DNA of 54,062 nucleotides, from the NCBI GenBank assembly GCA_964016885.1, contig CAXHJY010001638.1, positions 1 to 54,062 on the forward strand. The letters run 5' to 3'. The number at the start of each line of letters is the position of its first letter. Within the stretch, counting starts at the first letter, position 1. Position numbers and translations under genes: made by a program. Shown piece after piece: positions 24,569 to 38,269 of the stretch. Source of the stretch: Eledone cirrhosa (taxonomy: Eukaryota). Below the pieces are notes generated by a model that ran no database searches, was not told the DNA's origin, and saw only the letters and a program-made list of their open reading frames with translations.

Positions 24569-25256
24569 TAAAAATTTAGTGTGTTCATAGTGAACGGATA
24601 TATAGTCACAGAAAAAGTCACATTTTTCATTTACCATAAATAATAATTATATTAATTAAACAAATAATATTTTATGTCTATTATTAATTGAACAAATAAT
24701 GGTTTCTGATTTAGGTCAAGCACCAGTAATGCACTGATGATTGTTTTAATCGACTTTCTCCTCCCCTCGTTAATTAAATAAATATTTGAAGTCGTTGCTT
24801 CTGACAGGACCCGTATTTGAGAAATCTACCCCCACAGTCAAAGTCGGGAATAAGTGGGCTAAGAAGAGAAGATATTTGAAGTATGTTATTAATTACTTAT
24901 TCTTCATCCCCTTATTCCTGAGAGGGTCGTAGAGCCAGAGTCCTCAAATATTCCTTCCAGTAGGTCCTGCCAGAAGCAACCATCTCCAATTGATCCGGCT
25001 GGATCCCCAAACGAGACCAGCCAAGCTCATGGATGTTATGCAACCATCTTGCTCAGGGACTATCCACAGGGTCTCCTGCCGGTTGGTTTTGCCCGTAAAA
25101 TCTGCCCTGATATTAATTAAACAAATAATAATTGAAGTCTGTTATTATTTGAACAACTAAAGAAAAACAGGAAATTCCAAACTGAAATGTTGATTTGTTA
25201 CTTTTCAATAGCCAGAGCCAGATTCCACCGTTACATGTAAAATATAAACACATATA

Positions 25257-26002
25257 ATTGTTTCTACTTTTTAACACAAGGCCAGCAATTTATCCAGTGT
25301 ATTAATGGTACTTTATTTTATCGACCCCGTAAGGATGAAAGGCAAAGTTAACCTCGGCGGGTTTTGAACTCAGTCCGTAAATAATAAATACAATTAATCA
25401 TTGTTGGAGACCTTACAATTATAATGGTTTCTGGTTTAGGCACAAGACCAACGATTTGGGGAAAGGGGAAAGTCAATTATCAACCCAATGCGTTACTGGT
25501 ACTTTATTTTATAGTAACTATGAAAAGCAAAGCTAACCTCAAATACACCAAAATATATAATCGAAGCGAAAGAAAGAACAAAATAATATTTTAAGTCGAT
25601 TATTAACTGACAATACATGACTTGTATATAATTTTTCTACTTTTGGCACAAGGCCTGCAATTCAACAATGCATTACTGGTACTTTATTTTATCGACCCCA
25701 TAAGGATGAAAGGCAAAGTTATCCTCAGCGGGATTTGAACTCAGAATGGCAAGGGCTGTAACTCTATGCGTCAAAGCATGACGTCCGACCCGCTACCGAT
25801 ACTGCCAATCCAATGACAACACAATTTAATATAATACAATTATGTTGTGTGAAAAAAAATCTCATTTTGTTTAATATCTAAGTCATTGTTTCTACTTTAG
25901 GCACAAGGCCAGCATTACCCAGTGCATTACTGGTACTTTATTTTATCGACCCCGTAAGGATGAAAGGCAAAGTCAACCTCGGCGGGATTTGAACTCAGAT
26001 CT
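25257..26002 (-). mobile_element. Cluster of four same-orientation family A SINE copies or fragments
   Basis: Copies at ~25257-25380, 25425-25540, 25632-25812 and 25887-26002. Confidence 0.8.
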
Positions 26003-26429
26003 AAGTAATGAAATAAAATTCTTGTTATACTTTGGGAGGGGCATGTTGCCAATAAAAACACATGCACATCTCGATTTTCACTTCAATTTATTATAAACTA
26101 GCAGAGGTACCCGGCGTTGCCCGGTATAACTCTCAATGGAGTAGTCGTTCAAATGAACCGAAAGACTATAGAAGTAACAATTTATAGGTGTTGGCTCTAA
26201 AGAGGTCCTTTGAATGTTCACTTTGAAATATCTCTGCGGCGGTTGTGTCGTATTTGCGTTGCTTGTTATTTGAGATTGTAACCTAGAAAAGCATGTAACA
26301 GTCAGTGGCCACAAAAATGGCCTTGGCAAGATCACGCTGGAATGTCAAAAAAATGTGTAAATAAGATCTAGAGAAAAGTAGATTAAGTAGGGTAAAATTA
26401 CGGGACATCGATAGCAAAGCGTAATAACG

Positions 26430-29400
26430 GCCCTACGACCGTCAGCGTCTGACCCTGTGATTTGTTAATCGACATGGCGAAACTGAGCCGGAGAGGGAAT
26501 TGCAGCCTTCTGAATGTGAAAGGAATGGAATGAGAGGTATCCTTGGTATGAAGATAGTATCCCCCTTACCACACCCTGTAAGTATTGTTGCCTCAATAAC
26601 ATGAGGCATCGCCTTTTGATGACCAGACGCGTGCCGTTGGAAAGCCTTTTGGGTTCCAAATACCTGATGAGCATGACAGGGGCACCTTTCTTAAGTCGCA
26701 GTAAGTGTGGTGGCAATCCAGGAGGGTCTAGGGAGTTAAGAAATTCTGAAGGGTAATTAACAACTTGTAGACGTGCAGGTTTCCAGGCAAGCACACCATG
26801 AACTCTTCATTGATGTTTCCAACCATGTGGTTTTTCGAAGCCAATATTGTGCGTTCACACAACCACTCTTGATTTGTGTAGTTCTCCTCAAGATTAGGAA
26901 AAACAGATGTCCTTAACTCAGCAATTGACTTAACGCATCTGCAAATCCCTGTGAGGTCCGCTACACCATCTCCGTTGAGTGGGACTTTGCCATCTCCCAA
27001 CGACGAAATGGCAGCAGCAAAACCCGCTGATGTCTCATCACCTTGCAGTTGTGCTTTCATGTTTGTTGTAAGCGTCAGCTTTCTTACATAACGCCAAAGT
27101 GGGGAGGCCTTAAGGCATGCACCAACCTCATCAGCCCGCGTACCTTTTGGGATTACAGGCAGAGTCTGTCGGAAGTCACCAGATAACAGGAAAGTGAGAC
27201 CTCCCATTGGATCGTGACAGTCCCTGATGTCTCCGAGTGACCAGTCTAATGCCTTGAAAGCCGCCTTGTGGGCCATTGTGCATTCGTCGCAAACAATTAG
27301 TAGGCAGCGCTTTAACACCAGTGCTTTTCCGGAAGACTTTCTGATGTTGCACGTGGGTGTCTCAGATGATGCCATGTTGAGAGGAAGACTGAAGGCAGAA
27401 TGGGTCATCCTGCCACCAGGCAGCAAAGTTGCTGCAATGCCGGAAGAATGCGTGTTGCCTCACTGCAGCGAATAAAAGTTTGATTACAAATGTTTTGCCC
27501 GTGCGTCCGGGAAGAATATACCCCCTTCCCGATTACGGATGGAATCAATGACAATGTTGAAGGCTTGTTTCTGATCCATTAGAAGTTTTGGTTCATTTTC
27601 TTCAACATACTTTTTGAAAAGCCGACATCTAAGTTTGGGCGAGACGCCTATATTCGTCTGCGAAATCATCTTTGTTTAAAGAGTAAGGATTACTCAATTC
27701 ACAGACGTGCAAGAGGATAGCAAAAAGTGCCCTTAGACTATGGCATGATTGTGAGATGGTTGCATCCCATTGTGCGTCATCTTCTAAAAGTCCACGCCTC
27801 AAACAGGCTTCCCTGTACGTTCCACAGGCGTATCCATTGACGGTTCACAGATGAGTGAAGCTGGTCGGCCCTCTCACCTCATGAAGCAGAAGTCGCAGGT
27901 AGAAACATTCGTGTTGGGTAGGGTGGACCGTATAAACTCGCCCAAGGCAATTGTCGAATTTGATGCCTGGATGTCCAACCACCTGTTGCCCTACCTTCCT
28001 TCGTAGCCAAGTAAAGTAAGACGGTATTTCAGAATACAGCAGAGTTTGAGCGAAGTCGTCGTGTTGGCAAAGTTTGAAAAAAGCGGTGAGTGTAGTTTCC
28101 TTTGGTGAGATCGCTTGCATCGTTGAAATACACCCGTCGACTGTTTTCAAGGTGAAGCAAGTTGTTTAATGACGGGGTGTCGTTGGTGCAGTGGGAAGCC
28201 AAAAGTCTTCATTGCTGCTAATGTATCGGCCTGCTTGGTAGTCAGATACCTCATCTCTACTATTTTCATGACGAAGACCAAAGACGGCAGCATTCAATCC
28301 CTTGTTTACGTACTTACAAATGTATTTAATTGATTTTACTGAGTTGCAAAATTCGATGTTTATATGGGCGTTGAACGCTTTCAAGAGGAGGGGGCAATAT
28401 GGCACTATCCAGCTGTTGTCTATTTCGCGTTCACCAACTTTTGCTGTGAACCCACCGTCTTCAGGTCTCCTGCGCCTATACAACGGATATCCGTCACCGC
28501 CAGTCTGTGTTTCCTGTAAAAACGGCCTGGGATATCGTTTTGTACACTTTCCATTGTGTATGCACAGGGATTTCATATTGAGTCCATGTCTGCAAGGACC
28601 ATGGACCATGTTTGATGTGACTGTAGAGAAAAGGTCCTTGTCAATCAACGGATCAGGTAGTTTGGAAGAAATGAATTTGTCGATGTAGTTTGAACTGATT
28701 TTTGTAACCAACTAAATCAAGATATGGGCTTGCAGCAGCCCTCGTTTCTGCCATTCAACTGTGTACATGTCGCACCTGACGCCCCAAAACCTGTCCTTTC
28801 TTTAATAAATCCATTAATTTGGATAATTTCAGGTGAAACACTCTTGCTATGAGATCATGCCTGTGTCTTGGTGCTTTACCGTGGAACAGTTCATTTGGGA
28901 TTTCCTGCTGAAATGGTATCCGTCCTCGCTGTTAACAAATAGCAATGGATACAGGGGTGCATCGTAGGACCTGTGTGTCTCATTGATACGCTGTAATGTG
29001 CTGTCTCAGTGCTTTAGAATATCATTCTTGTTGTGCTGTTCACCACAAATAACCGCAGCAATCTCATTACATGTTGGTGCGTTGAACCGACCAGCGTGTT
29101 CTCCAGATGGCCTTTGGTCAGCATATATGACCACACTAAAGTTTGGGTTGGTGGCTGTTCCAAAGCGTACTTGAAACTGCGAACATAGCTGTTTTTGTCA
29201 TGAAGCATTTCTTGAAGTTTTATTATGGTTTCAATGTTAGTTTCGGACGAAATAGAGTTTCGCATCTCTCCCTGCCCCTGATAGTTTCCAACGAAGTATA
29301 ACTAAAGAAATTGGGGATCCTTTTCTGCCAGAGGCTGAATAGACCCAATCAAGTGGTAGATCTGCCCCTGGACCTTGAAAGTTGGCATGAACCCATGTTC

Positions 29401-30207
29401 CGAGGCAAGCTTTGCTCCGAAGAATGTCATCTGAAACGCTGAATTGTTGCGGCAGATATTACGCAGAAACTTCGATGATTCGTCCGTCGTGTTTGTCAAA
29501 AGGAGTTGCTATGTCTCTGGAGGGTCGGGAAGAGGAGATAGTCTAACTTTACCGTTTGAACAGCACATTCCATCTCTCTCCCCTGGCCACTTTTTCGTAC
29601 GACAAAACTGGCAAGTAGAGGTCATTTCCCCAATTTGAATATCTGCATGGATGGCGTAGTCGGAGGAGGGGTCATAGTTAAAGGCCTTCAACAACCATCG
29701 TGAATTGCAAGTCATAGAAATGCTACGTAACAATGATCGCTGCTGTTCACTTTGCAGAAGTTGGCTACGTCGTTGCTCTATGGTTTCAGTATTTCATGCA
29801 GCAGCAGTGGCAGCGGCCTCCCTGCTTCGTTGAATGGCGCGTTGTCCTTCATTCTCTTGAGCACGAGCAGCGGCTGTTGCAGTGGTGTCCCTGCTTCATC
29901 GAATGGCGCGTCGTCCTTCATCCTCTCGAGCGCGAGCAGCGAATGTTGCAGCAACCACCCTGTTTCGTCGAACAGCACGTCGCCCTTCATCCTCTCGAGC
30001 GCGAGCAGCAGCAGTCGTGGCAGCATCTTTGTTTCATCGAAGTTCACGCCGACTGTCATTCTCCTCTGCTCTTGCATCTGCCAACTGCTCACCATTCTGT
30101 GAGAGCCTGATCACAGTCGCATTTACATCTTCGGTGAGACGCCTTCGCTTAGACCTACTTGCATCATTAGATAATTGACCAATGAAAGTTCTTTTCTTGT
30201 GGGGCAT
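26430..30207 (-). pseudogene. Helitron RepHel (HUH Rep plus PIF1-like helicase), multiply disrupted
   Basis: ATG at 30207 is followed by N-terminal ARARE repeats and a zinc finger (CQFC..MCCSNGKV). Rep motifs are YTVEWQKRGLLQAHI, NMVHGPC and SIKYICKYVNKG; helicase motifs are DECTM, GDFRQTLPV and FAMSINKSQGQT. Confidence 0.93.
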
Positions 30208-30560
30208 TATTTTTAGAAAATTAACCAGGGAGAACGATAAATAGTGGACAAAAAACGTTTAAGTAAGCAAATATAAACACAGATATAAATTGTCAAAAAA
30301 TGTGATAAATCTATGTGGTCTGAGAAAGTGGGTATGTTTTGCAAGATTTTGTGTACCAGTCAAATTTCAGGTTTTAAGTTAGGGGCAACGCAGCATACGG
30401 ACTACCTGTGATAAAGGAAATTAAATAGTGCGGCTACAGTGGTAGGTTTATAAGTGTCAGTATGTTTGTTCAGTTTGAATATAGCAATAAGTAAGTATTA
30501 ACCATTGAAAGGATACAGGCAAAATGGCCGAAAAATCACAGCATGATAAACTGGAACCTT

Positions 30561-30933
30561 CATCATCATCATCGTTTAACGTCCATCTTCCACTCTTGCA
30601 TGGGTTTGGACGGGAGTTTTCCCACTTGAGGCAAGAGTGGTTGTCTTGCTCGCATAGGACTGTCTGGACAGATTTTAAGGGTAAAAACAATCAGCAGGAA
30701 ACCCAGGAGTAGACTCCGAGCAAGATGGTTGGATAACATCCATGAGCTTTCGGACTCGATGAAATAAAGTACAAGCCAAGTACTGGGAGAGGTTCTATTA
30801 ACTTTTTCCTCCCCCAAATTACTGGCCTTGTACCTAAAGTAGAAATCAGAATTAAACTGAAACATTTTTGAAGATTATTAACTCAAAGGAAGCAATTCCA
30901 GAATATTTTGTGTAAATATTCATATATATACAT

Positions 30934-30966
<33 letters not shown>

Positions 30967-31577
30967 GTTTAACGTCCATCTTCCACGCTTGCATGGGTTT
31001 GGACGGGAATTTTCCCACTTGAGGCAAGATTGGTTGTCTTGCTCGTATAGGACTGTCTGGCGGGTTTTCTACGGCTGGATGCCCTTCCTCACACCAACCA
31101 CGTTTACAGTGTGGACTGGGAGGTTTTTACCGTGTCACCTATGCGGCCACATTACAGCATGGACTGTGTGTTTTTTTGTCATGACACCTACACAACCTCA
31201 TTTATTTCGGACTGGATGTTGTGGTACCAACATAGCTTTACATTGAAAGGGGTGGTGTGGATAGGGTGGGGGTAGTGGGACGGGGGTGTATTTTTGTTAG
31301 AGGTGCCTACTGACTGTAGTAGGTTTCACTTTGTACTTAGGTAAGGCGGGTCTTCTGTATTAATGTGTAGCGCCAAAGATCTCGGTCCAGTGACATTGTC
31401 TTGGAGAGGTGTAAGTGTGTGAGGTCGGTATTTATCAGGTCGTCCCAGGTTTTTCTGGGTCTGCCTACTCCGTGGCTACTGTCTATTTTTATTGCCCTGC
31501 ACTTTTTTATACAGCTGTCGTCTTTCATGCGCATCACGTGACCGTACCAACATAGTCTTCTCTCGAGTAAACAACAT
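30561..31577 (-). mobile_element. Chimeric RTE insertion: RTE 3' end, captured flank, second RTE tail
   Basis: Two (CAT)n tails (30561 and ~30935). Segment 30668-31563 is an inverted copy of ~35886-36758. The apparent TSD is CTGGAACCTT / CTGAAACCTT. Confidence 0.75.
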
Positions 31578-33294
31578 CTGAAACCTTATGACTATAAACA
31601 CATTAACTAAACCTCCTTTAAGGTGACAAATGTTGAAGAAGCATGTGTTTCAGAAACATGGGGTAGCTTATGAGAGTACGCATGTAAAAAAACCTACTAC
31701 TTGTCAAAAGTAAAAAAAGAAGTGTGATTCTAGGTCGGACTTGACCGATATAAATAGGAGTGATTTCACTCAATGAACAACACTCGAGTTGTCTGATTGG
31801 TTAGATAATACAAATAAGTGTGATGAAATCTACTGGACACAACTCACTGATGTGTGGTTGGCCAGAGGTTGCCATTTCGCACTTAATCGAGGTGCAATTA
31901 AACGAGGGAGACAACCGGGTGCAAAAACTAATCAATCATTCGCACAGTTTAGGCATGAGTGTGAAATAGCACAATCCTCATACAGTAGGCATTAAAATTT
32001 ACACCTGGGTTAAATCACGCTTTCTTGGTTAGGAGTGTGAAATCACGCCAAAGTTCAAGGAAATAAATTTAACTCCTCATTCCGCACTTAATTGCGGTGC
32101 AATTACACGGGGGAGACAATCATCCTAAAGTTTACTAAACAAACTAAAGGGGGGATTTAAAAATGCGCTACTCCATTTGTAGGACATGAGTAACCGATGC
32201 ATCAACTTTCGTTTAAATTGATTTTTATTTCCAGAAGTTGAAATGCTTTGCTGCAACCATAATATGAACTTTAAAAGTGGTCCAAAGGAGCTCACTGCCC
32301 TCCCTAGAGGGTTCCCTTGCAAAATTCAAGTGATAACAAATGAGTGGTGCTTTATCTTATGGCAGGCAATAACCATTTTGTTTAGTTTTTGTAAGAATCA
32401 AGTATAAACTCTCGAGGTTATGGTGCTTTTTTTATTGTGGCAGTTTGAACTTTTATAGGCTCATTGTCCCCGTGGACTGAATTAAAATGAAAGTAAATGT
32501 GCCTCACTGTATCTTCATCGTTTTATTGGACTACCAATTATCGAAGCTATGACACTTTGCTGCATTACAATAGCCAAATTCAATAAATGACTCGCCGTGG
32601 CTTACTGCCCTCTGGGGGACCCCTTGCTTGTTCCGAGTATAGACAGTGTCTTCAACATCCTCTTTAGGCAATGGGTAACCGATGTGTCCGAAGTTAAAAT
32701 CGAACGTAAACTTCAAAAGTTATCAGGTACTAATACAATGTTAATGTGAACTTCAATAGATAAGTCGAAGGACCTTATTACCCCCCCCCCCCCCCCCCGG
32801 CAGTAAAAGTTCATGTGTTCACCTTCCTTTATAAGCCATAGGTAACCAATACGTCTCGCTTCGTGAAAACCAAACACCAACTCAAGCAGTTATGACATTT
32901 TGTTGCATTGATGATATCAACTTCAACATGCATCAAGTCGGTTTACTGTCCCCTAAGGGGTCCCCTACCTGAATTTCTGCACAAGTGCATGCCTGCAAAT
33001 TTATTTGTAGTCCATAAGCAAACAAAAGATTAATTTTGGTGAAGATGGGAGGCAAACTGCAGGAATTATGGGGCCTTTATGCAGTAGTACTGCTGACTCC
33101 AAGCGAGAGGCTTAAGGGCGTTATCTGTCCCTGGGGGGCCCCACAATCGATGTACGAAAAAATAAAATAACCTACGACGCGTAATAGGACTTCAGAAACC
33201 TATGTATGAAATTTGGTGCAAATCGGTTGTAAAATGTAGAAATGCATGCAGTTACACAGACAGACAGACATCTTCTGTTTTATATATATATAGA

Positions 33295-33794
33295 CTAGCA
33301 GAAAACCACTCGCTGGGCGGTTTTCTGCTAGCAAATCTAGTGTATATACTGATATTGTTGAGATTTGGATGAGAAATGTTTTCGGCACCACATGTTCACC
33401 GTCTCTCGGTGTGTCTTTTATGCATGTATAAATATATATGTTATCTATACGGTGAAATCTTTGAAATAAATATATGTTAAAACGAAAAAGGAGAAAAAGA
33501 GATTAGTGACGGAAATATAAACGTTATGATACATAAACGTTATGATATAACGATGGAAATATATAAACGTTTACGATAAAACGATGGAAATAGAAACGTT
33601 TATATATAATGATATAAACACTCGTAAGTCGAAACACTTGTAAGTCGAAACACTCGTAAAGCGAAACGTATAAATAAAGATTAATGTAATGAATTTGAAA
33701 AGCATAGAGATTTGAAACCGCGTCTATTTGTTTCCTTGGCATTTTTTACAGACAGACAGACAAACAAACAGAGAAATGCCCATTATATATTAGA
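33295..33794 (-). mobile_element. Small non-autonomous Helitron abutting the large one
   Basis: CTAG terminus at 33295 and 5'-type end TCTAATATATAAT..TGTTTGTCTGTCTGTC at ~33794. Further (GACA)n 5'-like ends lie at ~34021-34050 and ~34737-34780. Confidence 0.55.
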
Positions 33795-34302
33795 AGTAGA
33801 CTTGGCATGGTGTCAAGTCAGAACCGCCTCGAACTGGTTACTTCTGGCTTGTGCAAGGTGTCTCTATAGCAACCAGCGATTCCCTCGGCCTCAGTGACCA
33901 AAGTCAGTGGAGAGGGGAAGGTTATGTTTCTATAGCGACAGTGTTTCTCTTGGTAGTACCAAAGTGGAGAAAGGAAGGGAAGGTAATATTTCTGTAGCAC
34001 CTACATTTGAGTTTTAGGGAAGGACAGACAGACAGACAAACAGCCCATATATTTCTGTGTGTATATATATATATATTACACACACAGAAATGTATATATA
34101 TTTCTGTGTGTATATATATATATTTCTGTGTGTGTGTATATATATATATATTACACACACAGAAATGTATATATATTTCTTAGAACAAAATTATTATTAA
34201 TGTTTTGCTGTTCATAACAATTGGAATTGAAAAATTACTTTTGAAATTATTAGTTATTTTATTAATGCTTAGATATGTAAAAATGAAGCAATGTTTCTAA
34301 TA

Positions 34303-34490
34303 ATTGTTTCTACTTTTGGCACAAGGCCAGCAATTACCCAGTACATTACTGGTACTTTATTTTATCGACCCCGTGAGGATGAAAGGTAAAGTTAACCTCG
34401 GCGGTATTTGAACTCAGACCGTAAAGGGACGTAACTCCATGCTATGAAGCATGGTGTCCGACTCTACAGATTCTGCCAATCCACCGCCCT
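34303..34490 (-). mobile_element. Family A SINE, full length
   Basis: A and B boxes and central domain as in 19241-19425. Confidence 0.85.
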
Positions 34491-34999
34491 AATGTCTGTA
34501 TGTAATGAGGGAGTGGGGAGTGAGAGGGGAGAGAAAGAAAGGCAGAGGTGAAGTGACGAAGTGACTCTCTCCTCCTCCTCCTCCTCCTCCATCTCCCCAT
34601 TCGTCACATCGATAGAGGGGAAGAATGTTAGTGTGTTACAAAGAGAAAGAGTGAGAGTGAGAGAAACAGACAGACTAAAAGAGAGGGATAGCTGGAGAGA
34701 GAGATAGCAACCACGCATGCACGTGTTTCCACTGTCGGACAGACAGACAGAGAAATTGCTGGTTATATATTATAAGGAGATTCCCGGTTGGTTGGTTGGT
34801 TCGATAACCGGATGGCTGTTTATATATTGTGACCTCCTCAGTGACTGTTTTTATTTTGTGTCTCTCCTTTGTGCTATCCTACACCATCTTGTTTTTGTGT
34901 TGTGTGCTGTAAAATAAAAATCTTTAAATATAATTATTTATTCCTTGTCATTTGCTATCTTGGATTAGTTTTTGTAACTTAAGAAAACAACAACTGTAT

Positions 35000-35238
35000 A
35001 ATGTCTATCTTCCACGCTAGGATGGATTAGATGGGAGTTGTCCCACTTGAGGCAAGGCTGGTCGGGTGACTGTGACTCGCTCATATAGGACTATCTGGCA
35101 GGTTTTCTACGGCTGAATGCCCTTCCTAACACCAACCACATTTACAGTGTGGAACTGGGAACTTTTTACCATGTAACCTACATGGCCACATTACAGCATG
35201 GACCGTGTGTTTTTTTGTTGTGACATGACACCTACACA
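35000..35238 (-). mobile_element. RTE 3'UTR fragment
   Basis: Matches 45485-45715 in reverse orientation. Confidence 0.75.
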
Positions 35239-35345
35239 ATATATATGTTTGTGTGTATGTAAAAGGTAAACAGAAATAACAACACAATCTGTACAGTATA
35301 TGGAAGGGATATATTAGGTTAACACTTGGTATAGCAGGAAGAGGG

Positions 35346-35381
35346 CCTTAACGTTTCGGACGCTAGCCCTTCATCAGAAGA
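35346..35381 (-). ncRNA. Minimal type I hammerhead motif
   Basis: TCTT-CTGATGA-A-GGGC-tagc-GTCC-GAAAC-GTT-AAGG, giving helix I UCUU/AAGG, a 4-bp helix II and palindromic helix III (ACGT). Confidence 0.7.
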
Positions 35382-35475
35382 AAGAATGAGAAATAAGATA
35401 GATTGAGGGGACGGGCGGGTTGGAATTGAAAAAAATGTCTTTAGATAAAAATAACAGGTCCATATATATATGAGT

Positions 35476-35871
35476 GAAGGTGCATGGCTTAGTGGTTAGA
35501 GCATTGGGCTTGCAATCGAAAGGTTGTGAGTTCAATTCTCGGACCAAGTGACTCAGCTGTAGAAATGAGATGATAGGGACTGAGGTCCCTATCATTCCAC
35601 TGCAAAGTGGTCGTGGAGATGCCATGGCAAAGAAAGCACCCAGCCCACACTGTAAAGTGGACGTGTAGGTGCCACGGAAAAAAAAGCACCCAGCACTTAC
35701 TGTAAATGAGGTTGGTGTTAGGAACGGCATCCAGCTGTAGAAATCAAGCCAAAATCAGTTTCTGTATGAGCAAGTCAAGGTCAGCCGACCGGACACTGCC
35801 CACAACAGGACAACCTCTCTAACCCATACTAGCATGGAAGAACGGACGTAAAACGGTTATGATGATGATGA
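35476..35871 (+). mobile_element. Family B SINE carrying the tail of the 2770-4980 RTE family
   Basis: tRNA-like head with A and B boxes; the 3' ~250 nt match 2790-3035 in reverse. Confidence 0.8.
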
Positions 35872-35885
35872 TATATAATATATAT

Positions 35886-36489
35886 AGAGAGAGAGGACTA
35901 CGTTGGTATGGTCACGTGATGCGCATGAAAGACGACAGCTGTATAAAAAAGTGCAGGGCGATAAAAATAGACGGTAGCCACGGAGTAGGCAGACCCAGAA
36001 AAACCTGGGATGACTTGATAAATTCCGACCACACACACTTACACCTCTCCAAGACAATGTCACATGACCGAAATCTACAGAGTAATACAGAAGACCCGCC
36101 TTGCAAAGCGAAACCTACAGTCAGTAGGCACCTCTTAACAAAAATACACACCCGTCCCACTACCCCCACCCCATCCACACCACCCCTTTCGATGTAAAGT
36201 TATGTTGGTACCACAACATCCAGTCCGAAATAAATGAGGTGTAGGTGTCATGACAAAAAAACACACAGTCCACGCTGTAATGTGGCTGCGTAGGTAACAC
36301 GGTAAAAACCTCCCAGTCCACACTGTAAACGTGGTTGGTGTTAGGAAGGGCATCCAGCCGTAGAAAACCCGCCAGACAGTCCTATACGAGCAAGACAACC
36401 AATCTTGCCTCAAGTGGGAAAATTCCCGTCCAAACCCATGCAAGCGTGGAAGATGGACGTTAAACGATGATGATGATGATGATGATGAT
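35886..36489 (+). mobile_element. RTE LINE 3' fragment
   Basis: LRWYGHVMRMKDD..GRPRKTW and a (GAT)n tail. Confidence 0.9.
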
Positions 36490-38269
36490 ATGTATATATA
36501 TGAATATTTACACAAAATATTCTGGAATTGCTTCCTTTGAGTTAATAATCTTCAAAAATGTTTCAGTTTAATTCTGATTTCTACTTTAGGTACAAGGCCA
36601 GTAATTTGGGGGAGGAAAAAGTTAATAGAACCTCTCCCAGTACTTGGCTTGTACTTTATTTCATCGAGTCCGAAAGCTCATGGATGTTATCCAACCATCT
36701 TGCTCGGAGTCTACTCCTGGGTTTCCTGCTGATTGTTTTTGCCCGTAAAATCTGTCCAGTGATTCTTTCCTGAGACATTCTAACCACATATCCATAGTAT
36801 CAGAGCTGTGCCTGTTTCTCAAAATTTAGTATCACCTTGCCGTGAAAATGTTTTTATTCCTGGTAAATATATAATTTAAAAAGATATTGAGAATAATCGT
36901 CATTGTTTAGTTTCAGATCAACCCTGATTGAACACTCCTATGATCAAATGTATTCCAACCATAATCATCCTACCTCTTAAAGACGATATGTAGGACAATG
37001 TCACGTTATATGTCCTTTATTTTTTTAAACAAGTACGATAAGATTTAAACGAGACCCAGCAACCACAGTGAGAATAATTAGTTAGCTTTAAAAATGAATA
37101 AAATATGATAACAAATCAACCTTGAAAAGGTATATGACCATGTTCCATGGGACTTTTGTGGAAGGTTCTGTAATATTACAGGATCAAAGGACTTCTTGCA
37201 GCTCTGATGTCTCTGGACAGGATTTACTTGCACAACCTGGTTGAAAGTGGTATCAACACTGGCAGTTGTAGGATCAGTCAGCTGAAATTTGCAGATGACA
37301 TGGTACTACTTACCTTGTCAGAAGGTGATTTCCAACATGCCCTTGATAAGAATGAAAATCACACGCTGCAAAGACTGAGACACTTGTCCTCTCAAGGAAA
37401 ACTTGTGCAGTGCATTTTACATGTGAGTGGAGTTCCACTGAAGTAGGTAAAGAAGTCAAGGGACCGTATTCATGAGTGATGGAAGACAAGAAACTGAAGT
37501 AAATGCAAGAATTACAGTTCACCAGTATACATGAATTACTAGCAACAGCTGGTCTTGAACTACTCTGTTATCACCTGGAAATTTACAATTGATAGGAATG
37601 GGTTGAGAACCAAGCCTTGTTATCTTCTGTAAAGTACACAACAAAACACCACTACTGCTATTATTTCATGCAGATGACGAGGCTGAGAGGGTCTTGAAAT
37701 GTTAATGGATTTCTTCTTTCTTCTTCCTCACCCACTTATTCCTGAGAGGGTCATGGAGGCAGAGTTCTCAAACACTCCTTCCAGCAGGTACTGTCAGAAG
37801 CAACCATCTCCAACTGATCCAACTGGATCCTTAAGCGAGACCAGCCAAGCTCATGGATGTTATGCAACCATATTGTTCAGGTTCTACCCATGGGTCTCTT
37901 GCCAGTTGGTTTTGCCTGTAAAATCTGTCCAGTGGTTAATGTTGATGGACTAAGGGATGATATTGTTCCAAATTAACCATAAAAGACTAAGAAGATATGA
38001 AAACCTTTGAAGATTAAACTTGAACACAGTCATATTTTCAATGTAACATGTTTGAAAGGAAAGCTACTCCCATAATATGGATCATTGTGGACATTGTTCC
38101 ACTGTATGCCAATGGAGCAACGTCCATGTTTTATCTTTCTGTTCTTCACAGGACAAAAAAAAATTAAATATATCTAGATCCAAATAGAGTAGCCTCCCTT
38201 GTGACACATCATTTGGATTCAGCTAATGCATGTTATCTAAAGTTTGTTTCAAGCAGGACGCTTGTTAGG

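Larger units (their letters stand above)
26098..33294 (-). mobile_element. Helitron, decayed autonomous type, ~7.2 kb
   Basis: The 3' end is CCGGGCAACGCCGGGTACCTCTG-CTAG|T at 26098. The probable 5' end is TCTATATATATATAAAAC..TGTCTGTCTGTC at 33294, which is less certain. A RepHel pseudogene lies inside. Confidence 0.8.
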
